Assembly: GCA_041303965.1 (NCBI GenBank)
Contig: JBFYOD010000079.1
Span: forward strand, 10,224-74,223
DNA: 64,000 nucleotides
Direction: 5' to 3'
Source of the DNA: Candidatus Aminicenantes bacterium
GTDB lineage: Bacteria > Acidobacteriota > Aminicenantia > Aminicenantales > Saccharicenantaceae
Under the pieces are notes generated by a model that worked only from the letters and a program-made list of their open reading frames with translations, ran no database searches and was not told the DNA's origin. Position 1 is the first letter of the stretch. Each line of letters begins with the position of its first letter. Below, piece after piece: positions 56,301-64,000 of this stretch. The position numbers and the translations under genes are program-made.

Positions 56301-57185
56301 ATGGCCGGGACGAAAAGAGCAGAGAAACCACACGCCTCCATCGGCATCCTGGGCGGGACTGGGCTCTATGAGATCGACGGGATCAAGGATACCCGCGAAG
56401 TCCGCCTCCGAACGCCGTTCGGGGAGCCCTCCGACCCCTACGTCATCGGGACGCTCGAAGGCCGGCGGGTGGCCTTTCTAGCCAGGCACGGCAAGGGGCA
56501 TAGGCACCTTCCCGCCGAGGTCAACTACCGGGCCAACATCTTCGGTTTCAAGAAGTTAGGCGTCGAACGGATCATCTCCGTCAACTCCGTTGGCTCTCTC
56601 CGCGAAGAGATCCGGCCGCGCGACATCGTCCTCGCCGACCAGTTCTTCGACCGGACCCGCCGGCCCAATACATTCTTCGGACAGGGGATCGTCGCCCACG
56701 TCAGTTTCGGCCGGCCGGTCTGCCCGGAGCTGGTCCGGGTCCTCTATGAAACCGTGGTCGGGCTGGGGATGAGGGCGCACCGCGGCGGTACCTATATCTC
56801 CATCGACGGCCCGGCCTTCTCCAGCAAGGCCGAGTCGCTCGCCTACAGGTCGTGGGGAGCGGACGTCATCGGCATGACCAGCGCCACGGAGGCCCGGCTC
56901 TGCCGCGAGGCCGAGATCTGCTACGCCACGCTGAGCCTGGCCACGGACTACGACGTCTGGCACGAAACCGAGCAGCCGGTCACTGTCGAGCTCATCCTCC
57001 AGAACCTGTCGCACAACATCGGCAACGCCAAGGCCGTGATCAAGAAAGCGCTGGCGGCGCTCGGCGGCGTCCGCGACTGCGACTGCGGCTCGTCCCTGCG
57101 GAACACCATCGTGACCGACCCGGCCGCGATCCCGGCCGCGACGCGGCGGAAGCTGGGGATCCTCGTCGATAAATACCTGCGTTAG
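56301..57185 (+). CDS. mtnP: S-methyl-5'-thioadenosine phosphorylase
   Basis: 294 aa, IGILGGTGLY, FLARHG.GH and PNP_UDP family motifs. Confidence 0.9.
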   Translation: MAGTKRAEKPHASIGILGGTGLYEIDGIKDTREVRLRTPFGEPSDPYVIGTLEGRRVAFLARHGKGHRHLPAEVNYRANIFGFKKLGVERIISVNSVGSLREEIRPRDIVLADQFFDRTRRPNTFFGQGIVAHVSFGRPVCPELVRVLYETVVGLGMRAHRGGTYISIDGPAFSSKAESLAYRSWGADVIGMTSATEARLCREAEICYATLSLATDYDVWHETEQPVTVELILQNLSHNIGNAKAVIKKALAALGGVRDCDCGSSLRNTIVTDPAAIPAATRRKLGILVDKYLR

Positions 57186-57201
57186 GTTTGGGGGAATACT
57201 C

Positions 57202-58101
57202 ATGAGTCTCGTCATCGTCGGTTCGGTCGCCTTCGACACTATCCGGACGCCCTGGGGCTCGCGCGAGAGGATCGTCGGCGGATCGGGGACCTATTGTTCG
57301 CTCGCGGCGAGCTACTTCACCCGGCCCCGCGTCGTCGGCGTCGTCGGCCGGGACTTCCCGCGAAAAACCCTGGTCCTCCTCAAGTCCCGCGGCGTCGACC
57401 TCGAAGGCCTGAAGATCAAGGCGGGGAAGACTTTCCACTGGGAAGGGATGTATGAAGAGGACCCCAACCGGCGGACGACGGTCCGGACGGAGCTCAATGT
57501 CTTCGCCGATTTCCGCCCGGAGGTCCCAGCGCGCTACAGGGGCTCGCGCATCGTCTACCTGGCCAACCTCAACCCAGAGCACCACGACTTCGTCCTCGGC
57601 CAGTTCAAAAAGCCGGCCTTGGTCGCCATGGACACCATCCGGCTCTGGATCGACACGAAGAGGGAGACCCTCCTCAAGGAACTCGGCCGGATCGACGTCT
57701 TCTTCGCCAACGACGAGGAAGCCCGGCTCGTCACCGGGGAGATGAACCTGATCAAGGCCGGCAAGGCCCTCGTCGGGCTCGGCCCGTCGCTCGTCCTTTT
57801 GAAGAAGGGGGAACACGGCGCGCTCGTCTTCGGCCGCGATTTCGTCTTCGGCGTCCTGGCCCACCCGTGCGAGCACGTCGTCGACCCGACGGGAGCCGGC
57901 GACAGCTTCGCCGGGGGTTTCCTTGGTTACCTCGACAAGACGCCCGGGCTGGCCGGAAAGGACGTCCGTCGGGCGGCCGTCTACGGCAGCGTCATGGCCT
58001 CTTTCGCCATCGAGGATTTCGGGATCGGGCGTTTCCTGACCCTCGACCAAGGCCAGGTCGAGGGACGATTCAAGCTATTCCGCAAGTTGTCGATATTCTA
58101 G
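57202..58101 (+). CDS. PfkB-family carbohydrate/nucleoside kinase
   Basis: 299 aa, GGSGTY N-terminal motif and DPTGAGDSFAGGF signature. Confidence 0.85.
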   Translation: MSLVIVGSVAFDTIRTPWGSRERIVGGSGTYCSLAASYFTRPRVVGVVGRDFPRKTLVLLKSRGVDLEGLKIKAGKTFHWEGMYEEDPNRRTTVRTELNVFADFRPEVPARYRGSRIVYLANLNPEHHDFVLGQFKKPALVAMDTIRLWIDTKRETLLKELGRIDVFFANDEEARLVTGEMNLIKAGKALVGLGPSLVLLKKGEHGALVFGRDFVFGVLAHPCEHVVDPTGAGDSFAGGFLGYLDKTPGLAGKDVRRAAVYGSVMASFAIEDFGIGRFLTLDQGQVEGRFKLFRKLSIF

Positions 58102-58149
58102 AATGCGCCGGGCCCCCGGGATCGTCGAGGGCCGCTAGGGAGGAAAGAA

Positions 58150-59532
58150 ATGGCCGACATCAAGGTCCCCATGGAGCCCTTCCGCATCAAGGTCGTGGAG
58201 TCCATCCGCACGGTCTCCCGCCGGGAGCGCGAGGCCCTGCTCAGGCAATCCGGGTTCAACATCTTTGGCATCCCGGCCGAGAAGGTCACCATCGATCTCC
58301 TGACGGATTCCGGGACCTCGGCCATGAGCGACGACCAGTGGGCCGGCATCATGTCCGGGGACGAGTCCTACGCCGGGGCGCGAAATTGGTTCCATCTTGA
58401 AGATTCGGTCCGCTCGATCTTCGGCTTCCGCCATGTCATCCCGACCCACCAGGGGAGGGCGGCGGAAAGGATCCTCTTCGGTTCGGCCGTCAAGAAGGGG
58501 GACAGCGTCCCTAACAACATCCATTTCGATACGACCCGGGCCAACGTCGAAGTCCTCGGGGCCCGGGCCGAGAACCTGGTCGCCGCCGCGGCCTATGATC
58601 CCGATTCGCCCCACCCGTTCAAGGGTGACATGGACGTCGAAACGCTCAAAAAATTCATCGACAAGCGCGGCGTCGAAAGGATCCCGCTGGTCATGATGAC
58701 GGTCACCAACAACAGTGGCGGGGGACAGCCGGTCTCCCTGAAGAATATCAAGCAGGTGAGCGAGGTCTGCGGCCACCACGGCATCCCCTTCTTCTTCGAC
58801 GCCTGCCGCTTCGCCGAGAACGCCTTTTTCATCAAGAAGCGCGAGAAGGCCTACGCCAAGAAGAGCGTCGTCGAGATCGCCCAGGAGATGTTCTCCTATG
58901 CCGACGGCGCGACCATGAGCGGCAAGAAGGACGCACTGGTCAACATCGGCGGCTTCGTCACCCTCGATGACGACGGCCTGGCCGAAAAGATCAAGAACCT
59001 GCTCATCATCAGCGAAGGCTTCCCGACCTACGGCGGCCTGGCCGGCCGCGACCTGGAGGCCATGGCCCGGGGCCTCAAGGAAGGTCTCGACGAAGACTAC
59101 CTTGAGCACCGGACCGCCCAGGTCGCCTACCTCGGCGGCCTTCTCGACCAGGCCGGCGTGCCCGTCTTCAAGCCGTTCGGGGGCCACGCCATCTACCTCC
59201 TAGCCGACCGGTTCCTGCCCCATATCCCGCGGACGAAATACCCGGGTTGGGCCCTGACGGTCGCCCTTTACAGGGAGTTCGGCATCCGGGCGGTCGAGAT
59301 CGGCGGGGTGATGTTCGGGCAGAAGACGGGCAAGGGGAAACAGGAGGTCTATCCCGAGTTGGAAATGGTCCGCCTGGCCATCCCGCGGCGGGTCTACACA
59401 GCCTCACACCTGAAGTTCGTCGCCGAGTCCCTGATCGAGCTCCACAAGAACCGCGACAAGGTCAGGGGCCTGCGCATCGTCCGCGAATCACCGTTCCTGC
59501 GGCACTTCACGGCCCAGCTCGAGGAAATCTAG
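58150..59532 (+). CDS. tryptophanase / tyrosine phenol-lyase family beta-eliminating lyase (PLP)
   Basis: 460 aa colinear with TnaA/Tpl: IDLLTDSGTSAMSDDQWAG, PTHQGR, SGKKDALVNIGGF (PLP Lys), LRHFTAQLEEI. Substrate (Trp vs Tyr) not assignable by eye. Confidence 0.88.
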   Translation: MADIKVPMEPFRIKVVESIRTVSRREREALLRQSGFNIFGIPAEKVTIDLLTDSGTSAMSDDQWAGIMSGDESYAGARNWFHLEDSVRSIFGFRHVIPTHQGRAAERILFGSAVKKGDSVPNNIHFDTTRANVEVLGARAENLVAAAAYDPDSPHPFKGDMDVETLKKFIDKRGVERIPLVMMTVTNNSGGGQPVSLKNIKQVSEVCGHHGIPFFFDACRFAENAFFIKKREKAYAKKSVVEIAQEMFSYADGATMSGKKDALVNIGGFVTLDDDGLAEKIKNLLIISEGFPTYGGLAGRDLEAMARGLKEGLDEDYLEHRTAQVAYLGGLLDQAGVPVFKPFGGHAIYLLADRFLPHIPRTKYPGWALTVALYREFGIRAVEIGGVMFGQKTGKGKQEVYPELEMVRLAIPRRVYTASHLKFVAESLIELHKNRDKVRGLRIVRESPFLRHFTAQLEEI

Positions 59533-60260
59533 ATCTTGACCCGGGCCGGAGACTCGACGCGGAGGTCGAGACTGCCGATCCCGGCGTCGACCTCGACTTC
59601 GATAGTGACGGCGCTCTTTCCGTAAGCGTCGTTGACGTAGAAGCCGCCTTGCTTGGTCAAGCCGTGGGCATCGATCGAGCCGAGGCCGCCGTCCACCTTG
59701 ACCCGCACGCCGGCCTCGGAGGGCAGGTAGATCTTGCCGCTGCCGACGCCGCCGTCGATCTTGACATTGAAACTGTCCTGGTGTGGGCCTTGGAGGTCGA
59801 GGGTCATCTCGCCGACACCCATGTCGATCTCGACCCGCTGGAGCTTCAGGCCCCGGAGGTCGATGTCGCTTTGACCGGCGCCGAGGTCGATGTCGAGGTC
59901 GAGGGGAACGGAAGTGCTCAAATGGATGTCCCAGCGGTTACGGATCCGGCCGAAGGGGATGCTGTTACGGCGGGCGCGCCGGACCTCGAGGAGGCCCTTG
60001 TCGCCGAAGCGGCGATAATCGACGATCGGCCGGTCCCTTTCCCGGCTATATTCGAACGAAGCTTCGAGAAGCGCCTCCTGGTCGGCGCCGCGGACCCGGA
60101 GCTCGCCCGCATTCATGTGCAGGCCGACTTCGGCACGGGTCGCCCCTTGGAGCGCGACCATCTGAGTATCCTTCATGACGTCGCGAGGCTCGTCGCAAGC
60201 GGCCACGAGAGCCGCGACGGCGAGAATGATCAATCCTATTCTCATGCGGGAAGAATTCAT
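59529..60260 (-). CDS. lipoprotein with toast-rack (DUF2154/DUF4097-like) beta-solenoid domain
   Basis: Start at ATG 60260 (AGGAGG 7 nt upstream): MNSSRMRIGLIILAVAALVAAC lipobox. Repeated G.G..D..... strands. Confidence 0.6.
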   Translation of the reverse strand: MNSSRMRIGLIILAVAALVAACDEPRDVMKDTQMVALQGATRAEVGLHMNAGELRVRGADQEALLEASFEYSRERDRPIVDYRRFGDKGLLEVRRARRNSIPFGRIRNRWDIHLSTSVPLDLDIDLGAGQSDIDLRGLKLQRVEIDMGVGEMTLDLQGPHQDSFNVKIDGGVGSGKIYLPSEAGVRVKVDGGLGSIDAHGLTKQGGFYVNDAYGKSAVTIEVEVDAGIGSLDLRVESPARVKI

Positions 60261-60301
60261 CGATAGGCCTCCTGATAGTCGTTTCCGTCTCATCCCTATA
60301 T

Positions 60302-60331
60302 ACGAAACAAACGGGCCCGGAGTTCCCGGGC
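60302..60331 (-). terminator. rho-independent terminator after trpB2 (minus strand)
   Basis: Minus strand GCCCGG-GAACU-CCGGGC followed by CCGUUUGUUUCG. Confidence 0.55.
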
Positions 60332-60426
60332 TCAGGGTGTCCGGCTCTTTTTCGCCTGCACATCCATTCCCCGGGACGTCGCCTGCCGCCCTTTCCTGCC
60401 CGAGCGGTCATCTTATGGCCGGATCC

Positions 60427-61716
60427 TTAAAACGAGCCGGGCTTGTGTCCGTTGTAAGCGCTGATGTCGAGGAAGCCGTGCCCGGAAAGGTTGAAAAGGA
60501 TATTCGTTTCGCGTCCGGACTCCTTGGCCTTCAAAGCTTCTTCGATGGCCACGGCGATGGCGTGGGACGATTCCGGAGCAGGCAGGATCCCTTCCGTCTT
60601 CATGAACAGCACGGCCGCCTCGAAGACCGTCTTCTGATCGACGGCCCGGGCCTCGACGATGCCTGTCGCCGCGAGATGGCTGACGAGGGGCGCCATGCCG
60701 TGGTAGCGGAGCCCGCCGGCGTGGAGAGGCGGAGGGACGAATTCCATCCCCAGGGTGTACATGTACAGAAGAGGCGTCATCCCGACGCTGTCCCCGAAGT
60801 CGTAGCGCAGCTCGCCCCGGGTCAGGGAGGGGCAGGCGTCCGGCTCGACGGCGATGAAACGGGTGTTCCGGGCCCCGGCGAGGTTGTGACGGATGAAGGG
60901 AAAAGCCAGACCGGCGAAATTCGAGCCGCCGCCGACGCAGCCGATGATCGTGTCCGGGACCGCGTCCATCTCCTCCATCTGCTTTTCGGCCTCCAGCCCG
61001 ATGACCGTCTGGTGCATGAGAACGCTGTCCAGGACCGAGCCGAGGGCGTACTTGATGCCGGGGTCCTTGACGGTGATCTCCACGGCCTCCGAGATGGCGA
61101 TCCCCAGGCTGCCCGGATGCTCGGGGTCCTTTTCGAAGAACTTCCGGCCGGCCGCGGTCGTCGGGCTGGGGCTCTCGAGGACGGTGCCGCCGAACATCTC
61201 GATAAGGACGCGCCTCCCCGGTTTCTGGCGGAAACTCGACCGGACCATGAAGACCCTGGTTTCGATCCCGAAACGGGAGCCCGCATAGGCGAGCGCGGAG
61301 CCCCATTGGCCGGCCCCGGTCTCGGTCGCGAGAGTGGTCACGCCTTCCTCCGCGGCCAAGTAGGCCTGCATGATGGCCGTGTTCGTCTTATGACTGCCGA
61401 CCGGCCCGACGCCCTCGTACTTATAGAAGATGCGGGCCGGCGTGTCGAGGTGTTTTCTGAGGGCCGTGGCCTCGACGAGGGGCGTAGGCCGGAAGACCGA
61501 ATAGGCCTCGAGCACGGGACCGGGAATGGGGACTTCGCGCGCCGTCATCCCCTCCTGGCGGATGAAGCCTTTCGGGAAAATGACTTCGAGGTCCTCCGGC
61601 TTGATGGGTTCCTTCGTCCCCGGGTGAAGGGGCGGTTTGGGCGGGGATGGCAGGTCGGCCTTGATATTGTAAAAGGCCTTCGGCAGATAGTCCGTATTCC
61701 GAGACGCGCAGCGCAT
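60427..61716 (-). CDS. trpB2: TrpB2-type tryptophan synthase beta-subunit paralog (PLP)
   Basis: ATG 61716: MRCASRNTDYLPKAFYNIKADLPSPPKPPLHP (TrpB2-type N-terminus), GSHKTN PLP-lysine motif, GGGSNFAG. Confidence 0.88.
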   Translation of the reverse strand: MRCASRNTDYLPKAFYNIKADLPSPPKPPLHPGTKEPIKPEDLEVIFPKGFIRQEGMTAREVPIPGPVLEAYSVFRPTPLVEATALRKHLDTPARIFYKYEGVGPVGSHKTNTAIMQAYLAAEEGVTTLATETGAGQWGSALAYAGSRFGIETRVFMVRSSFRQKPGRRVLIEMFGGTVLESPSPTTAAGRKFFEKDPEHPGSLGIAISEAVEITVKDPGIKYALGSVLDSVLMHQTVIGLEAEKQMEEMDAVPDTIIGCVGGGSNFAGLAFPFIRHNLAGARNTRFIAVEPDACPSLTRGELRYDFGDSVGMTPLLYMYTLGMEFVPPPLHAGGLRYHGMAPLVSHLAATGIVEARAVDQKTVFEAAVLFMKTEGILPAPESSHAIAVAIEEALKAKESGRETNILFNLSGHGFLDISAYNGHKPGSF

Positions 61717-61845
61717 GATGGTCAATGTCCTTTCACGACGTCTTTCCCGTCGTGTCCGATGGGGCTCCGGCTCTGGGGACGCGCGCGATATCGGCAGGAT
61801 TCGCACACTCGTCCCCGGGAAGGGGAATGGACGGGGGGAACGGAC

Positions 61846-61935
61846 TTATCGGGCGGGGGAGGCCGCCCACCAGTTCCAGAGGAGAAGGGAGGACAGCGCT
61901 TCCTTCGGAATCAGGAAAACGTTCAGGCTGTCCAT
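61846..61935 (-). CDS. putative Trp-rich leader peptide (29 aa, WNWW)
   Basis: MDSLNVFLIPKEALSSLLLWNWWAASPAR. ATG lies 9 nt downstream of a consensus -10. 130 nt upstream of trpB2. Confidence 0.6.
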   Translation of the reverse strand: MDSLNVFLIPKEALSSLLLWNWWAASPAR

Positions 61936-61944
61936 AATGCGCGG

Positions 61945-61973
61945 ATTATAGGCAACGTCGCGGGGCATGTCAA
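61945..61973 (-). promoter_or_regulatory. perfect consensus sigma-70 promoter TTGACA-17-TATAAT (minus strand)
   Basis: Plus strand ATTATA 61945-61950 and TGTCAA 61968-61973, 17-nt spacer. A/T-rich (CATATTCAAAATAGG) stretch immediately upstream. Confidence 0.7.
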
Positions 61974-62059
61974 TACCTATTTTGAATATGATGGCTCGAC
62001 GCGAACCATTCCGTCGGCCGCCGAAGGACCTCACCTGATCGAGGCCCCCGGCCCGGGCT

Positions 62060-62548
62060 TCAGTAGCTTTTTTTTGCCGGGAGCGAGCGCCAGGCTTCGA
62101 AGAGCGCGAGACACTCCCGCCTCATGAACGCCGGGACGAGCCTGATCCGGCTCTTGCCTAGGGACTTCATTTTCTCGTTCGAGATGCGGAGCTCGTGGAA
62201 ACCGGACCGGGCTGCGTCGCGGATGCCCGTACCGTAATGGACGGCGCTGATCCGGGCCCAGTGGATGGCCCCGAAGCACATCGGGCAGGGCTCGGTCGTC
62301 GAATAGATGTCGCACCCCGAGAGGTCGAACGTGCCCAGCTTTTTCGAGGCCTTGCGGATGGCGTTGATCTCGGCGTGGCAGGTGGCGTCGTTCTCGAGGA
62401 CCGTGTTTCTGGCCGCGGCCAGGATCTTTCCGTCCTTGACGACGCATGCGCCGAACGGCCCGCCGTCCGGGCGAACGAGGTTCTTGCGGGCCTCGGAGAT
62501 GGCTTTCTTCATGAAACGGCTGTCGTGCGAGGTCTCGATTTTCTTCAT
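62060..62548 (-). CDS. guaD: GuaD-type guanine deaminase (cytidine/dCMP deaminase fold)
   Basis: ATG 62548: 162 aa with GGPFGACVVKDG, CHAEINAI, PCPMCFGAI, and C-terminal AWRSLPAKKSY resembling B. subtilis GuaD. Confidence 0.8.
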   Translation of the reverse strand: MKKIETSHDSRFMKKAISEARKNLVRPDGGPFGACVVKDGKILAAARNTVLENDATCHAEINAIRKASKKLGTFDLSGCDIYSTTEPCPMCFGAIHWARISAVHYGTGIRDAARSGFHELRISNEKMKSLGKSRIRLVPAFMRRECLALFEAWRSLPAKKSY

Positions 62549-62672
62549 TGTTGCTCCCGAACTCATTATACCCGGCCTCGGCGGGGCGGGAAAGCCCTCC
62601 GGCGGGCGCCTTCCGCGCCGCCGTCGGTTCCAGTTGACCACCGGGTCCGAAATTTGATTAAATGGTCCTGGC

Positions 62673-64000
62673 ATGAAGAGCGCCAGGATTTTCGTCTCGG
62701 CAGTGCTGATGTCCTGCCTGCTCTTCCTCTCTTCTTTCCCGGCAAACCGGGGTCCGCTCAGCCTGATCAGGATCCCCAAGGGCCCGGATCTCCCTTCCCG
62801 TGCCCTATCTCGTCTCCAGGTCGACGTTCGGCAGGAGCTCGAGAGCTGTCTGCTGGCCCTGGCCGACCGCGAGGACATCGCTCGCCTCCGCCGGAACGGC
62901 GTCCGTTTCTCGGTCCTGGCGCGCAACGCGGCGGAGGGAGATATCCTTGTCGTTCGGACCGATTCGCCCGGCGCCCTGGCCGCTCTCCGTTCGGCCGGCA
63001 AGGCCGTCGTCGTGGAGCAGGGGACAGCGGTTTTCTGGACGGAAACGGGCAGTCCCGCCGAGGCCGTCCCCGCAGGCCTGCCGCGAAAAGTGCTCTCGTC
63101 GCGGACCGTCCGGATGGGCTTTCGGCCGGCCGCAAGCGCCGCACGGCCCGCTTCTCGGGCCGTCGCCCAGGACCCGCTTATTGATATGATCGTCGACCTG
63201 GTGTCGACGCCGAACCTCAGCTCCGGCGTCCAATCCCTCCAGGACTTCCAGACGCGCTACGCCTCGACCTCGAACTGCGAGGCCTCCGGCCAATACATCT
63301 ACAACGCCTTTTCGGGCCTCGGTCTCGACGACGTCCGTTTCGAGCCGTTCACTTTCTCCGGATCCTACAGCTCGCGTAACGTCGTCGCCGAGAAAACGGG
63401 CGAAACCTATCCGGACGACATCGTCATCATTTGCGCCCACTACGACTCGACGTCGCCCCCCGCCTCGCGCCTGACCCTGGCCCCGGGGGCCGACGACAAC
63501 GCCAGCGGAACGGCGGCTGTCCTCGAGGCGGCCAGGGTCCTCGCCTCATATCCCCTCGACTTCACGGTCCGCTTCATCGCCTTTTCGGCGGAGGAGTGGG
63601 GGCTTTACGGGAGCCGGGCCTACGCCACCGCCGCGGGCCTGGCGGGGGAGAGGATCATCGGCGTCATCAACCTGGACATGATCGCCTTCGCCGACGCGAT
63701 GCCCGAGGACCTGCAGGTGATCGTCAATCCGGCTTCGGGATGGTTGGCCGACCGCTTCCTCGACGCCGCTTCATTGTACGGGCCTCTCGGCGCCACGAAG
63801 ACGATCGACGCCTCTTTCGTCTACTCCGACCACGCCCCGTTCTGGGACGGCGGCTATCCGGCCCTTCTGGCCATCGAGGACGACCCTCTCACCAACCCCT
63901 ATTATCACCAGACGACGGACACGCTCGACAAGCTCAATCTTGATTTCATTACGAGCGCCACTCGAGCTTCGCTGGGCCTCCTGGCCGAGCTGGCCCAGCC
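62673..64000 (+). CDS. M28-family aminopeptidase, secreted (C-terminus beyond window end)
   Basis: Open frame absent from ORF track (no stop in window). Manual translation MKSARIFVSAVLMSCLLFLSS..., HYDS, GADDNASGTAAVLE, SAEEWGLYGS, NLDMI, SDHAPF motifs. Confidence 0.85.
   Translation, partial: MKSARIFVSAVLMSCLLFLSSFPANRGPLSLIRIPKGPDLPSRALSRLQVDVRQELESCLLALADREDIARLRRNGVRFSVLARNAAEGDILVVRTDSPGALAALRSAGKAVVVEQGTAVFWTETGSPAEAVPAGLPRKVLSSRTVRMGFRPAASAARPASRAVAQDPLIDMIVDLVSTPNLSSGVQSLQDFQTRYASTSNCEASGQYIYNAFSGLGLDDVRFEPFTFSGSYSSRNVVAEKTGETYPDDIVIICAHYDSTSPPASRLTLAPGADDNASGTAAVLEAARVLASYPLDFTVRFIAFSAEEWGLYGSRAYATAAGLAGERIIGVINLDMIAFADAMPEDLQVIVNPASGWLADRFLDAASLYGPLGATKTIDASFVYSDHAPFWDGGYPALLAIEDDPLTNPYYHQTTDTLDKLNLDFITSATRASLGLLAELAQ

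Noticed and set aside
56146-56331. 61-aa minus-strand ORF in the cobB/mtnP divergent intergenic region
   Set aside because: It overlaps the mtnP start and its promoter, and it has no SD or recognisable motif. It is likely spurious.
59529-59532. Convergent lyase and toast-rack genes sharing the palindrome CTAG as both stop codons
   Set aside because: This is a curiosity of compact genomes. No functional implication can be supported from the sequence.
61846-62034. The 62-aa version of the leader ORF starting at ATG 62034
   Set aside because: The consensus promoter (61945-61973) lies inside this extension. The N-terminal part has no SD or recognisable features. The short 29-codon form starting right after the -10 is preferred.

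Overview
GC-rich bacterial chromosomal window, very compact and mostly core genes. I saw no rRNA, CRISPR array, transposase or integrase. Taxon cannot be assigned from sequence alone.

Layout:
- 1-3.5 kb: purQ (partial), purS and purB on the minus strand, then an ECF sigma / anti-sigma / periplasmic LTXXQ protein triad.
- 3.7-35.5 kb: the classic translation/transcription supercluster. It runs tRNA-Thr/Tyr/Gly/Thr, rpmG, tRNA-Trp, secE-nusG, rplKAJL, rpoBC, the str operon (rpsL-rpsG-fusA-tuf), then the S10, spc and alpha operons through rplQ, ending at a terminator.
- 35.7-64 kb, mixed housekeeping and envelope genes:
  - an NlpC/P60 endopeptidase plus a dipeptide epimerase
  - a MacB-type ABC exporter with an HlyD adaptor
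  - a class-A beta-lactamase-like hydrolase and an MltD-like lytic transglycosylase
  - galE, a CCA-adding enzyme and a C1 aminopeptidase
  - a LEA_2 protein and a small outer-membrane barrel
  - tsaC, and the cobB-larC-folE-metG string
  - mtnP, a PfkB kinase and a tryptophanase/tyrosine phenol-lyase homolog
  - a toast-rack lipoprotein, trpB2, a GuaD-type deaminase and a partial M28 peptidase

Most interesting observations:
1. A consensus promoter drives a nearly leaderless 29-codon uORF containing WNWW, followed by a 130-nt structured spacer upstream of a stand-alone trpB2. This looks like a Trp-sensing leader without a canonical terminator.
2. rpoB carries a single in-frame TAG at a universally conserved Tyr, while TAG is a normal stop elsewhere in the window.
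3. The N-terminal part of RpoB has an 8-Cys, double zinc-ribbon-like insertion.
4. The only tuf copy in the window has a non-canonical switch-I/effector loop.
5. A nested inverted-repeat element rich in C/G homopolymers lies between rplQ and the NlpC/P60 gene.

Three genes missing from the ORF track were added by hand: rpmG, rpmJ and the M28 peptidase that runs off the window end.
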